Origin: Leptolyngbyaceae cyanobacterium
GTDB lineage: Bacteria > Cyanobacteriota > Cyanobacteriia > Phormidesmidales > Phormidesmidaceae
Reading direction: 5' to 3'
Assembly: GCA_050331235.1 (NCBI GenBank)
Contig: JBHJHA010000015.1
Location: 39,599-103,598, forward strand
DNA length: 64,000 bases
Translations under genes and position numbers: made by a program
Shown: positions 38,554 to 48,709 of the stretch, piece after piece
How positions within the stretch are numbered: position 1 is the first letter of the stretch
Layout: every line of letters begins with the position of its first letter
The notes under the pieces: generated by a model
Told to the model about the DNA's origin: nothing
The model's database searches: none
What the model saw: only the letters and a program-made list of their open reading frames with translations

Positions 38554-40617
38554 ATGGATATCGTTCAAGACCTGTTGTTTGATAATCCACTGGTGGCGTT
38601 CACGACGTTACTGCTGGTCAGTCTGACCCTGCCGCCACTCTTTGAGCGAATGCAGTTGCCTGGGCTCGTGGGGCTGCTGTTGGCGGGAGTCCTGCTAGGC
38701 TCCAACGGATTAGGGTTGCTGAATCCGGCCGGAGACGTTGAACAGTTGTTTTCTGATGTGGGCAAGGTCTATCTCATGTTCGTGGCAGCTTTGGAGATTG
38801 ACCCCCAGGAATTTGGCCGCAACCGCCGCCGCTCAATGCTGTTTGGAGGCTTGACGTTTGCGTTGCCTTTGGTGGGGGGGATTCTCCTCGGTCGCTGGGC
38901 CGGGCAGGGGTGGCTGGCAGCGGTGCTCATTGGGTCTCTGCTGTCTTCCCATACCTTGCTGGCATATCCCATTGTGATGCGGCTCGGCGTCGCCCGCGAT
39001 GAGTCCGTCACCGTCACCATCGGGGCCACGATTTTTACAGACATTGCAGCACTATTGGTGCTGGCGATCTGTGCCTCCGTTGCGGAGGGTGACTTTTCGG
39101 TGTGGTCGCTGGCCGGGCAATTAGCGACGCTAGGCCTGTATGCAGCGGCGGTTTTGTTTGGCTTAAACCGGGTTGGCAAGCTGTATTTTCAGCGCACAGG
39201 GGATGAGCAGAGCAATAAATTTTTGTTCATTCTGCTGGCGGTGTTTTTGGCGGCTGTGGGAGCGCAAATTATTCGAATTGATTAGGTAGTTGGGGCGTTT
39301 CTGGCGGGGCTGGCGGTGAATGATGTGGTGGGTGATGGCCCGGTGAAAGAGAAGGTTGAGTTTTTTGGCAGCGTTATTTTCATCCCGTTCTTCTTTGTCT
39401 GTATGGGGCTGCTATTGGATGTGCCGGTATTTTTGTCTGCCCTGACCGATCGCCTAGGGCTGACCCTCGGTATTGTCATGATGCTGCTGTTGACTAAGTT
39501 TCTGGCGGCGGCGATCGCAGGGCTTGGCTTTCGCTATAGCTGGATACAAATTCTCACGATGTGGTCACTTTCTTTGCCCCAGGTGGCGGCGACGTTAGCG
39601 GCTGCCTTGGTGGGATTGCAAGTAGGGCTGCTGACGGCACCGCTCTTTAATGCCGTCATTGTATTGATGCTGATAACGTCTCTGGTGGGCTCAATTGCCA
39701 CGAGTCGATTTGCCCGAGCGCTTCCTTTACCCACCTTAGTGGAGTCCCCCTCTGACCCTGAGGATTGGGCGGCTTGGCCCGCCACCGATTTGCCCTCGAC
39801 TGCTCAGTTTGCGGTGGTTGTCCCCGTTTCCAACCCTACTACGCAGCAATATCTGATCGAAATGGCAGCCCTGATTGCCCACCACGAAGCGGGATATATC
39901 GTACCACTGGCGATCGCACCAGCTCATATGCATATGGACGCCCCTCAATTGACAATCGCGCTGGAGCGCAATCGTGCTTTACTACAAACCGCTGAAGACC
40001 TAAGTCGCGCGCTCGGCACGCCAGCGATCGCTCAAAACCGCATCGATGACGATATTGCCGAGGCGATTAGCCGGACCGCCCGCGAACAGAATGCTCAACT
40101 GATTGTCATGGGTTGGAGTTCAACTGTGGGATTGCGAGCTCGCCTATTTGGCACCGTTATTGATAGTGTCTTTTGGGCGGCCCACTGCCCGGTGGCGGTG
40201 ACGCGATTACAAACGGCCCCGCGCGAGATGCGGCGCATTCTGATTCCCGTCAAAATCATGACGCCCCAAACTATACGCACTATTCGATTTGGTCAGATTC
40301 TGGCGGACACCCATGAGGCTAGCATCACGTTGCTGCATGTTAGCGATCGCACCGATGCAGCGGCTACCCGCCAGCGTTTCAAAGAAAAGCTTAAATCCGT
40401 TATAGCCGCTGGCCCAGCCGTCGACTGCACCATCAAAATGGTGCGCCACGACGATCCGGGGGCGGTGATTCTCAGTGCGGCCCGCCATGTTGATCTCGTC
40501 ATTCTGCGTTCCATGCGTCGCCGCACCGCGGGAGGTCTCGCCGTGAGTGATGTCACCCACCAAGTGTTGGATGGGTTGACCTGCTCGGTTGTCCTCTTTG
40601 GCGAGCGTCATTCCTAG
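38554..40617 (+). pseudogene. CPA2 cation:proton antiporter with C-terminal USP domains; in-frame TAG at 39283-39285
   Basis: LPGLVGLL, SHTLLAYPI, GATIFTD, then (stop)VVGAFLAGL, FIPFFF, PQVAATLAA and USP-like C-terminus; both ORF halves are in the same frame. Confidence 0.8.
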
Positions 40618-40713
40618 GCTACTTTAGCCTTGGGCAAATTCAGGCAGCCCCCCTTTGAACCCAGAACCCCACACCTTGAACCAACCCTCGAATATTCTGT
40701 GCTGGATTCCCTC

Positions 40714-40826
40714 ATACCAATTCTCTGTAATAGCGCTGTAGATTTGACGATCCCCCGCTGTCGCTACCCCCTTGAAAAAGGGATTTTGAAGAACCTATGT
40801 GTAGTCGTGATTCGCAGAAATAGTAT
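40714..40826. repeat. 113-bp MITE-like dispersed repeat
   Basis: ATACCAATTCTCTGTAATAGCGCT...GATTCGCAGAAATAGTAT with imperfect terminal inverted repeats; highly similar to 50533-50645. Confidence 0.75.
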
Positions 40827-41007
40827 TAAAGGCTGCCAACAATAATCATCCGGCAACCTGGGTTTGTGTCCTGGGTCAGTCCGCTTATGGTTAGCATGTA
40901 GGGGCCCTATGGACTTAATTTCAAGAGGCTACGGTTCACCCTTTAAGATGAAGGGATGCACGATTTTGTCAGTGTTTGTCGCTATCCCTTTGCTAGAGCC
41001 ATTAATC

Positions 41008-42075
41008 ATGACCTTGGATGTTCCCGCTATTCTGCAAGTCTTGCGCCCGGTTCAAGATCCGGAGCTGCAAAAGAGCTTGGTCGAGCTCAACATGATTCGC
41101 AACGTAGAAGTCGAGAACGGCAACGTCCGCTTTACCCTCGTGCTGACAACGCCGGCTTGCCCCCTGCGGGAGTTTATCGTTGAAGACTGTGAGCGCACCG
41201 TGAAGCAGCTCCCCGGTGTCGAATCGGTGGAGGTTGAAGTGACAGCTGAAACGCCTCAGCAAAAATCCTTGCCCGATCGCCAAGGCATTGACGGCGTAAA
41301 AAATTTCATCGCGGTATCCAGCGGCAAAGGGGGCGTCGGGAAAAGTACAGTGGCGGTCAACCTGGCGGTGGCACTGGCGCAAGTCGGTGCGCAAGTCGGG
41401 CTGATTGATGCGGATATTTATGGCCCTAATGCTCCAACCATGCTCGGCTTAGAGCAGGCTCAAGTCAGGGTGCAGCAAGGTGCCCAGGGGGAAGTCTTGG
41501 ACCCGGCTTTTAACCACGGGGTCAAGATGGTCTCGATGGGCTTTCTGATTGATCGCGATCAGCCAGTGGTGTGGCGGGGACCGATGCTGAATGGCGTAAT
41601 TCGCCAGTTTTTGTATCAGGTGAACTGGGGAGAACTCGACTATCTAGTGGTTGACCTACCTCCAGGCACCGGGGATGCTCAGCTCACGCTGGCGCAAGCG
41701 GTTCCCATGGCAGGGGTCGTGATTGTCACAACCCCTCAAAATGTGGCGATCGCTGATGCCCGTCGCGGGCTGCGAATGTTTCAACAGCTGCAAGTGCCCG
41801 TCATCGGCATTGTTGAGAATATGAGCCATTTCATTCCCCCAGACATGCCCGATAAGCAGTACGACATCTTTGGCTCTGGGGGTGGCGAAAAGGCGGCTGA
41901 GGAGTTGGGCGTTCCCTTGGTGGGCTGCATTCCCCTAGAGATGCCAGTGCGTGAGGGGGGCGATCGCGGTTTGCCCATCGTGATCCAATCACCTGATAGC
42001 GCCTCAGCTAAAGCGCTGGTCGAGATTGCTAAAACCGTGGCCGGGAAGGTTTCGGTAGCTGCGCTAACGGCCTAG
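41008..42075 (+). CDS. mrp: Mrp/NBP35 (ApbC) Fe-S carrier ATPase
   Basis: LTTPACP, SGKGGVGKST, DADIYGP, WRGPML, DLPPGTGD, ENMS. Confidence 0.94.
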   Translation: MTLDVPAILQVLRPVQDPELQKSLVELNMIRNVEVENGNVRFTLVLTTPACPLREFIVEDCERTVKQLPGVESVEVEVTAETPQQKSLPDRQGIDGVKNFIAVSSGKGGVGKSTVAVNLAVALAQVGAQVGLIDADIYGPNAPTMLGLEQAQVRVQQGAQGEVLDPAFNHGVKMVSMGFLIDRDQPVVWRGPMLNGVIRQFLYQVNWGELDYLVVDLPPGTGDAQLTLAQAVPMAGVVIVTTPQNVAIADARRGLRMFQQLQVPVIGIVENMSHFIPPDMPDKQYDIFGSGGGEKAAEELGVPLVGCIPLEMPVREGGDRGLPIVIQSPDSASAKALVEIAKTVAGKVSVAALTA

Positions 42076-42121
42076 CAAAACCTCATTCCGATGAGACGAC
42101 GGGAGTGCTACTGTAATTACG

Positions 42122-42159
42122 CCGCGACTCCGGCCATGGTACCATGGCCGGAGTCGCGG
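42122..42159. repeat. Perfect 38-bp spacerless palindrome
   Basis: CCGCGACTCCGGCCATGGT|ACCATGGCCGGAGTCGCGG. Confidence 0.9.
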
Positions 42160-42177
42160 TGATCGGAGTTTGGCAGG

Positions 42178-43446
42178 ATGGTTATGTCCAGTTCTTTTGG
42201 GATTCACTCTAATTGGAAACGCTGGCTCAAAGGATGGCAGTATGTTGACTGGTCACTGCTGCTGATCGCGTCCTTGCTAACGGGGTTTGCCAGCGTCGTG
42301 ATTGCCAGTACCCAGATCAACCTCGATGCCACGATCTTTGGCTGGAATCACGCTATTCTCGGCGTGCTCAGTATTGTCATGGCCCTCGGCATTGCCCGAG
42401 TTAACTACAAGGTATTTTTACAGTGGCAGTGGGTCATCTATGGCGTGGTCAATGCGTCACTGCTGGCGGTGATTTTTATCGGCACCTCGGGCTTAGGGGC
42501 CCAGCGCTGGATCACGATTATGGGCTTCAATGTGCAGCCGTCAGAGTTTGCCAAGATTGGGCTGATCATTACTTTAGCGGCTCTCCTCCAGGGACAGAGG
42601 ACCCTTACGCTCTTGGGCATGGTCCGAATATTGGCGATCGCCGCTGTTCCCTGGGGATTGGTTTTTATCCAGCCTGACCTTGGGACATCTTTGGTATTTG
42701 GGGCAATTACCTTAGGCATGCTGTATTGGGCCAATGTCAACCCCGGCTGGCTAGTGTTGATGATTTCGCCATTGGTCGCGGCGATTCTCTTTCATTTTTC
42801 TATTCCGATTTGGCTGACGTGGTCGATTGGCATGGGCGTCATTGCTTGGCTGACCCTTCCGTGGCGACTGTTTAGCACGGTGACGGCCACGGCGCTGAAC
42901 TTGATCTCGGGAAAGTTGGGCGAAGTGTTTTGGGGTTTCCTCAAGGACTATCAAAAAGACCGCCTCATTCTGTTTTTAGATCCCGATAAGGATCCTTTGG
43001 GCGGTGGCTATCACTTAATTCAGTCTCGCATTGCCATCGGTGCTGGGCAGCTCTGGGGACGAGGACTGCATCAGGGTACTCAAACCCAGCTCAACTTTAT
43101 TCCTGAGCAGCACACGGACTTTATCTTTTCCGCCATTGGTGAAGAGTGGGGATTTGTCGGGGCGATCGCAGTCGTGGCGGCTTACTGGTTTATCTGCTTG
43201 CGATTGGTATTGATTGCGCAAAATTCTAAAGACAATTTTGGCTCACTGCTGGCGATCGGTGTTTTTTCGATGCTGATTTTTCAAGTGGTGATCAACATTG
43301 GTATGACCATTGGCCTCGCTCCGGTCACGGGGATTCCGCTACCGTGGATGAGTTATGGTCGCTCGGCATTAGTCACCAACTTTTTGGCGCTCGGCATTGT
43401 GGAGTCAGTGGCCAGCCACCGCCACCGCCTCAAGTTTCGAGATTGA
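42178..43446 (+). CDS. rodA: Rod shape-determining protein RodA (SEDS)
   Basis: GAQRWI, QPSEFAK, QPDLGT, GYHLIQSRIAIG, PEQHTDFIF, GIPLPWMSYG. Confidence 0.94.
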   Translation: MVMSSSFGIHSNWKRWLKGWQYVDWSLLLIASLLTGFASVVIASTQINLDATIFGWNHAILGVLSIVMALGIARVNYKVFLQWQWVIYGVVNASLLAVIFIGTSGLGAQRWITIMGFNVQPSEFAKIGLIITLAALLQGQRTLTLLGMVRILAIAAVPWGLVFIQPDLGTSLVFGAITLGMLYWANVNPGWLVLMISPLVAAILFHFSIPIWLTWSIGMGVIAWLTLPWRLFSTVTATALNLISGKLGEVFWGFLKDYQKDRLILFLDPDKDPLGGGYHLIQSRIAIGAGQLWGRGLHQGTQTQLNFIPEQHTDFIFSAIGEEWGFVGAIAVVAAYWFICLRLVLIAQNSKDNFGSLLAIGVFSMLIFQVVINIGMTIGLAPVTGIPLPWMSYGRSALVTNFLALGIVESVASHRHRLKFRD

Positions 43447-43491
43447 TCCTGGTGACTCGAAAATTTTGGACTCGCACTGGGTAAACGGCTT

Positions 43492-44787
43492 ATGGGAGCA
43501 TCAGTATCGCCAATGGATGTGGTGATTTTGGCTAATGGTCCAGGGGAGATTACCACTTGGGTTAAGCCCGTTGTTGCGGCGCTGCGATCGCACATCCCGA
43601 CTACAGCAGATTTGCGAATTTCAGTGGTGCTCTCCCCTTGTCCCAATGCGACCGGACGAGAAGCCGCTATTGCCCAACAGTATCCAGAGGTTGATCGGGT
43701 CCAGGCGGCGCGACATTTTTGGCCGTTTTTACTGCGTGGCAAAACCGCCGAGCTATGGGACTGGCGCGATTGCGGGGTGGTTCTATTTTTAGGGGGCGAC
43801 CAAATTTATCCCGTCGTGATCGGTCGCCATTTGGGCTATGCCACAGTTGTGTATGCTGAGTGGTTTGCTAACTGGCCGCGCTGGGTTGATGCCTTTGGCG
43901 TGATGAATCAGAGCTTGGTTGATCAGGCCCCTAATCGCTATCGTGAGAAATTTACAGTCGTCGGTGACTTGATGGCCGATGGGCAATCCAGCCTAGCTGG
44001 GCAGGCGATCGCCGCTGGACCGCTAGCCCCAACGGCGACATCGCCCCTTATGGGTCTATTACCTGGGTCAAAACGTGCCAAACTTACCCAGGGCGTACCC
44101 TTGCTACTGGCCACGGCGGCATATATTCATCAGCGGCGGCCGGAGGTCCGATTTGTGGTGCCGGTTGCGCCAACGGTCGACCTGACAACGTTGATGACCT
44201 ATGCTGACCCTCAGCAAAACCCCTTTCACTCTGTTTTTGCCGCTCCCACCGCTGAGCTCGTCACTACCGATGGGACTGAGCTGCCCTTCATCAAGACCGC
44301 TAATGGTGCCCGCATTTTTCTGTGGCAGCCCTTTCCCGCCCATGCCGTGACCAGCCAATGCGAGCTGTGTCTAACCACCGTTGGTGCCAATACTGCGGAA
44401 CTTGGGGCTTTGGGGGTTCCTATGTTGGTTTTGCTGCCGACCCAGCAGCTAGAAGCGATGAATGCCTGGGATGGTCTGCTCGGTCTGCTCGTGGCGCTAC
44501 CGTTGTTGGGCAAACCCCTAAATAAACTGATCAATCGGCTATTTTTGGCTTATCTATCACGACGACGCAAGTTGTTTGCCTGGCCCAATATTTGGGCACA
44601 GCGGGAAATTGTCCCCGAACTGCTCGGCCAACTCAGTGCCCAAGATATCGGCGATCGCGTGCTGGACTATCTTGACCACCCTGAAAAGCTAGAGGCGATG
44701 CGAACGGAGTTGCACCGTGCCCGAGGAGACGCTGGGGCTGCAGAAAAACTGAGCCAGTTGGTGTTGCAAATGGGCGATCGTGCTTAA
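43492..44787 (+). CDS. Lipid-A-disaccharide synthase-related glycosyltransferase
   Basis: NGPGE, FLGGDQ, VGDLM, LLPGSK, TTVGANTAEL, WPNIWA. Confidence 0.78.
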   Translation: MGASVSPMDVVILANGPGEITTWVKPVVAALRSHIPTTADLRISVVLSPCPNATGREAAIAQQYPEVDRVQAARHFWPFLLRGKTAELWDWRDCGVVLFLGGDQIYPVVIGRHLGYATVVYAEWFANWPRWVDAFGVMNQSLVDQAPNRYREKFTVVGDLMADGQSSLAGQAIAAGPLAPTATSPLMGLLPGSKRAKLTQGVPLLLATAAYIHQRRPEVRFVVPVAPTVDLTTLMTYADPQQNPFHSVFAAPTAELVTTDGTELPFIKTANGARIFLWQPFPAHAVTSQCELCLTTVGANTAELGALGVPMLVLLPTQQLEAMNAWDGLLGLLVALPLLGKPLNKLINRLFLAYLSRRRKLFAWPNIWAQREIVPELLGQLSAQDIGDRVLDYLDHPEKLEAMRTELHRARGDAGAAEKLSQLVLQMGDRA

Positions 44788-44853
44788 TCAGCTTCCCGAC
44801 TCTCAGGCACAATAGAAATGTTGTGCGACTTGCAAGCGCGCTAAATTTTGTGA

Positions 44854-45462
44854 ATGGGAGAGACAGTCATGATGATGGGCTTACCTCGAAAATTTCAGCG
44901 CCAGGTCTGGGCCGTAGGGGCGATCACTGGCCTGATTATGGCGTCGGCGTCAGGTTTGTTCATGTCATCCCAGGCTGTACAGCTCAGTGACGGTAGCACT
45001 TCCTTTGTCAATCCTCCCCGCCTCGAGGAGTTTGTGCCCAATCGAAATTTGACCAATCAAAAAGATATCACCTACTACGCAACCATTGACCTGTTGCCCG
45101 ATGCTGGAGAGCCCCTCAAAACGCTGACGGTTGAGCTGATCGAAGGTCGCTTCACTCGCCTCGATTATCATGTAGAGGCGATCGAGGTCTATGGAGAAGT
45201 GGCGGGAAACCGCGAAGACTATGCGATCGCCTCAGCTGACTATGATGACAACACTCAAACATTGACTATTCAGCTGGCAGAGGGAGTACCGCCCGGACGC
45301 CAAGTGACGTTTGCCCTCAAGCCAGTGCGCAATCCCTCTCGTAGCGGCGTGTACTTGTTTGATGTGATGGCTGCTCCAGGGGGAGACCAGCCGCGATCGC
45401 AGCGGGCTGGTTTCGGTCGAGTCCAAATTTATCAGCGTCGATACCTGACGCCCCGTGGATAA
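44854..45462 (+). CDS. DUF2808 family secreted protein
   Basis: Signal peptide, FVNPPRL, AGEPL, PVRNP..GVYLFDV. Confidence 0.75.
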   Translation: MGETVMMMGLPRKFQRQVWAVGAITGLIMASASGLFMSSQAVQLSDGSTSFVNPPRLEEFVPNRNLTNQKDITYYATIDLLPDAGEPLKTLTVELIEGRFTRLDYHVEAIEVYGEVAGNREDYAIASADYDDNTQTLTIQLAEGVPPGRQVTFALKPVRNPSRSGVYLFDVMAAPGGDQPRSQRAGFGRVQIYQRRYLTPRG

Positions 45463-45552
45463 GGTGAGGTGACGCGGGAGAACTGTGAACAAGCGGCGTT
45501 TGCGGCGATCTCGGCAGGGAGAGAGACCTTCGCGCCGGGGGATGACGATAGG

Positions 45553-45897
45553 CTAATCCTCGTCTAAAGGGGGAAATGCCTCTTCAATTTCCCAGAGATG
45601 GCGGTGATGGGCGATCAACCAACTGCGGGCTTCCGGGGTTAGCTCATGCCAAATCACTTCAATGTCGGCGTGGGGCAATTCGTATCGATATTGTTGACCC
45701 AGCAGCTGTAGATTGCTGGCGACCGTGGGTGGAATGCCAAAATTCATCCAGTCCACTGCAACCATGCGACCGGAAACACCGCCGCCCAGATGATCAATGA
45801 GTTGGGCCACCCGAATCAGGTCAGCAAAGTGAGTAGGGGTTAACCCGGTAAGGCGCTGGATTTCTTGACTTTGTTGTTTTGGGGATGACATGTTCAT
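45553..45897 (-). CDS. nif-associated hypothetical protein
   Basis: LTGLTPTHFADL...WEIEEAFP; last gene of the unit divergent from cnfR. Confidence 0.65.
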   Translation of the reverse strand: MNMSSPKQQSQEIQRLTGLTPTHFADLIRVAQLIDHLGGGVSGRMVAVDWMNFGIPPTVASNLQLLGQQYRYELPHADIEVIWHELTPEARSWLIAHHRHLWEIEEAFPPLDED

Positions 45898-46095
45898 GAA
45901 GTTAAAGGGGCGATCGCGCTTTCCCTCTTTTCAACGAGGACTCAAGGAACCTTTAGGGCGCTGGCTTGTCGTCCAATTGAGAGGAACTGATATGTTAAGA
46001 CTGCATGCACCCCCCCAGCAGCTCGCCCCATTGCATCGGGGTCAGGCAATGAAGCAGAGTCTGTTGGCCGCATGCTGCTAGGTGAGCTGGCTGAG

Positions 46096-46827
46096 TTAAC
46101 CCACGGCTTGGTAATTTTTTACCCGCTGCGGGGCCGCTACGCCTAAGATTTTGGCTAGCCAAGGGGGGGGAGATGTGGCGATCGCGTGCTGCAAATGTGC
46201 CAAAACATCTCGAATATTGCCGCCGGTTTCGACCTTCATGGGATAGATATTGGCTTGTACTACTTTGGCGGCGGCAGGTCCACCAATGGAGGCAACGTAC
46301 ACGACCGGGCAGTCCCGAATGAGGTTTACCCGAAACAGGTTTTTATCATCACTCAAGTCAGCTGCTACCGCCGAGCGCACATCGATCAGTTTGAGGGCAG
46401 TGGCCGATAGCTGATAAATCAAAAATCGATGGCAAGAGCCAAAGTGACCATCGAGGTTTTCCCCCGTGTTGGAGGCCACAGCAATCCGAATCGAGTTGGG
46501 TAAATCGCCCGCTTGGTCCGGTTCAACGGGGAGAGCCTGCTGGCACTGTGCGGTTTCACCCCAAAGAATACGCACGGCATCTTTAAACGCGGCAATGTCT
46601 TGGTTGTCGGCGGCTTCGCCTTCCCACTCACCATCAACTTCAAAAATACTGCCAAAGGAACGTTTAAGCTGGGTTACGGTCAGCGTGCCGAGGCTAGCCT
46701 CGGTGAGCTCGCCCTCTAGGTGATCCTGCAGGACCTCAATCAGTTCGGAAATGGAGATATCAGGAAGGGTGCGGGCGGCCAGGGCAATTCTCACAGCGAC
46801 TTCATCGGAAATTGGTGGGTGGGTCAT
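46096..46827 (-). CDS. NifY/NafY-like dinitrogenase FeMo-cofactor-binding protein
   Basis: N-terminal AVRIALAAR domain; IRIAVAS, DGHFGSC, DCPVVYVASIGGPAAAKV, SPPPWLAK; GAGGAG RBS. Confidence 0.82.
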   Translation of the reverse strand: MTHPPISDEVAVRIALAARTLPDISISELIEVLQDHLEGELTEASLGTLTVTQLKRSFGSIFEVDGEWEGEAADNQDIAAFKDAVRILWGETAQCQQALPVEPDQAGDLPNSIRIAVASNTGENLDGHFGSCHRFLIYQLSATALKLIDVRSAVAADLSDDKNLFRVNLIRDCPVVYVASIGGPAAAKVVQANIYPMKVETGGNIRDVLAHLQHAIATSPPPWLAKILGVAAPQRVKNYQAVG

Positions 46828-46904
46828 GGTGGACTCCTCAAAGTAGGGTGGATATAGGAAAACATGATCGATGGCCAAGGCTAGCACCCCTTTGACCATG
46901 GAAC

Positions 46905-47294
46905 TTATGGGCGGTTTTGTTGCCCATCACGGTATTCGGATCGTTCGTCAACTCGCATAGCAAACGGGCTGCCCTTGTCTCTGGGCGGATACACGCGAAT
47001 TTTGGCAAGCGGGCTAAATTGCGCCAGAACTTTGGCGATCGCCGCCAGTCGGTTCAGCACGCGCCAGTTGGTCAAGGCGTTAGGGCAGCGGATTATCAGC
47101 ACTAGGACGGTCCCCACTTGGATATCCCAAGTGCACTCCATCAAGAGAGATTGGACCGCACCGTCACAGGCTTCAAAAAAATGCTTGCAGGTTGACAGCT
47201 CAAGCTGCCGCCGCAACAGGGCATCGAAGTCACCCGCCAACTGCGACGGCTGATCGTCAGGGGGTAAATCGTCAGAGGGTAATACTAAATTCAT
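46905..47294 (-). CDS. Hypothetical protein
   Basis: FFEACD, LIIRCPN, RVDE; operonic spacing. Confidence 0.6.
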   Translation of the reverse strand: MNLVLPSDDLPPDDQPSQLAGDFDALLRRQLELSTCKHFFEACDGAVQSLLMECTWDIQVGTVLVLIIRCPNALTNWRVLNRLAAIAKVLAQFSPLAKIRVYPPRDKGSPFAMRVDERSEYRDGQQNRP

Positions 47295-47315
47295 CGGTAA
47301 TGCTCGGTGAAGACA

Positions 47316-47633
47316 TCAAATTCGGCCACCATTGCGCTCGGTGGCGATCGCTGTAGCAATCGAAGGCGGAAATTCTTGCAAGTCCGCATCTTCGCCCGCT
47401 GGCATTGGCGAGCTAAAGGTGTAGCAAGGGTCGCAATTGCCTGTATCAAATACCTGCAAAATCCACTTGTCAGGGAGTCCCTCGACGCCAATTTCAACGA
47501 CATACCATTCACTACCTGACTCACGGTTGGACAAGACCGCAAAGAACTCGCGATCGTCCATCGGAATTTCTAAATCGGCGACCAAAAAATCTAGGGCAAT
47601 TTGAGTAGCATCTTGGGTTTGCAATGTCATCAT
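47316..47633 (-). CDS. Hypothetical protein
   Basis: WYVVEIGVEGLPDKW...CDPCYTF.SP; operonic spacing. Confidence 0.62.
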   Translation of the reverse strand: MMTLQTQDATQIALDFLVADLEIPMDDREFFAVLSNRESGSEWYVVEIGVEGLPDKWILQVFDTGNCDPCYTFSSPMPAGEDADLQEFPPSIATAIATERNGGRI

Positions 47634-48072
47634 GGGGCAGCTTCCTGTCTGGGATAGAGGTGAATTGAGCATGCTCCCCCATGGTGTGCGCGATCGCCAG
47701 ATTGCCCAACCGAGCCTGCAACAGCCCCGCTGCTAAGTAGGCCTTGAGATATAAGCGGACTCGGGGAGATGTTAGCTGAGTCTGCAAAATGGGTTTGAAC
47801 TGCGGCCAAGCAGCGGGCCACAGCTCAATTTTCTGCAGGCGATCGCAGAGGGCGATCGCCATTTTTAACGCCATTGCCGCATCACTTTTATAGAAGTAAT
47901 CGCGACAGGCACTAATGAGCCCATCTAGGTCAGTCTCTTGAGCCAAGACCGCCTGAATATAGCTCGCTGAAGTTGAATTATCTTCCCAGTGCTGCACAGC
48001 TGCAGCGAGTAAATCGGGCGTCGCAGCTGACGGTCGGTGACCACACAGGTTGTGCAAATTGGGGGGAGTCAT
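47521..48072 (-). CDS. Hypothetical helical (TPR-like) protein; C-terminus doubtful
   Basis: Helical N-terminal ~130 aa; the tail overlaps the next gene by over 100 nt, suggesting truncation or frameshift. Confidence 0.45.
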   Translation of the reverse strand: MTPPNLHNLCGHRPSAATPDLLAAAVQHWEDNSTSASYIQAVLAQETDLDGLISACRDYFYKSDAAMALKMAIALCDRLQKIELWPAAWPQFKPILQTQLTSPRVRLYLKAYLAAGLLQARLGNLAIAHTMGEHAQFTSIPDRKLPHDDIANPRCYSNCPRFFGRRFRNSDGRSRVLCGLVQP

Positions 48073-48301
48073 GGCAAGCAGCCAATATTTTACGAAACGC
48101 TGTTTACTGACTGCTGAATACCATAATCAGCCAGCAAATAGGCACGCCAAATAGCTATTTTCTTGCACACTCTCTTGCTACTTATGCTATCAGAAACTCT
48201 TTGCTTATGCTGAACTTGCAACAATTGAAAACCTAATAACGTATCGGCAGCGGAGAGCTTGATAATCACCGTCAGAGAAAATACTGTTTGTGCGCTTTTT
48301 C

Positions 48302-48539
48302 GTAAACCAGATTACCGTTTAGGGGCTGATTTGTAAGCGTTGCTAGACATGATGGCGAGGCAGAAATTTTCCGAAAAGAAATATTTATACCCGTAAGTTT
48401 TAGAAACATTGTCAGAATTTGCTGTCTAATAAAACTCGCGATCGTAATCAAAGAGACATATTTTTGAATGAGGTCGTTTATTCTGAACTTCTCATCGGTT
48501 TGATGGATTAAAAAAATCTAAAGTGTAATCAAGGATATA
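48302..48539. promoter_or_regulatory. NtcA-like sites upstream of cnfR
   Basis: GTA-AACCAGAT-TAC (48302-15, exact), GTA-ATCAAAGA-GAC (48444-57), GTA-ATCAAGGA-TAT (48525-38). Confidence 0.5.
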
Positions 48540-48709
48540 AATTTCTTTGCTGCTAAATTGTTACTTCTAATGTCGTTAGATAAAGCCATTGAATCAAGCG
48601 CGATCGCGGTCTTACTCCCTCTCGATTTGACTCACCCGTGGCGGTGCTATCCATCTTGAGGGGGGCGGCTTCAGTCGTTGCCTAACTGCTGACAACCCCC
48701 CTTGTGCTT

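Noticed and set aside
40650..40692. STRR-like heptamer repeats
   Set aside because: Too few and too degenerate to support
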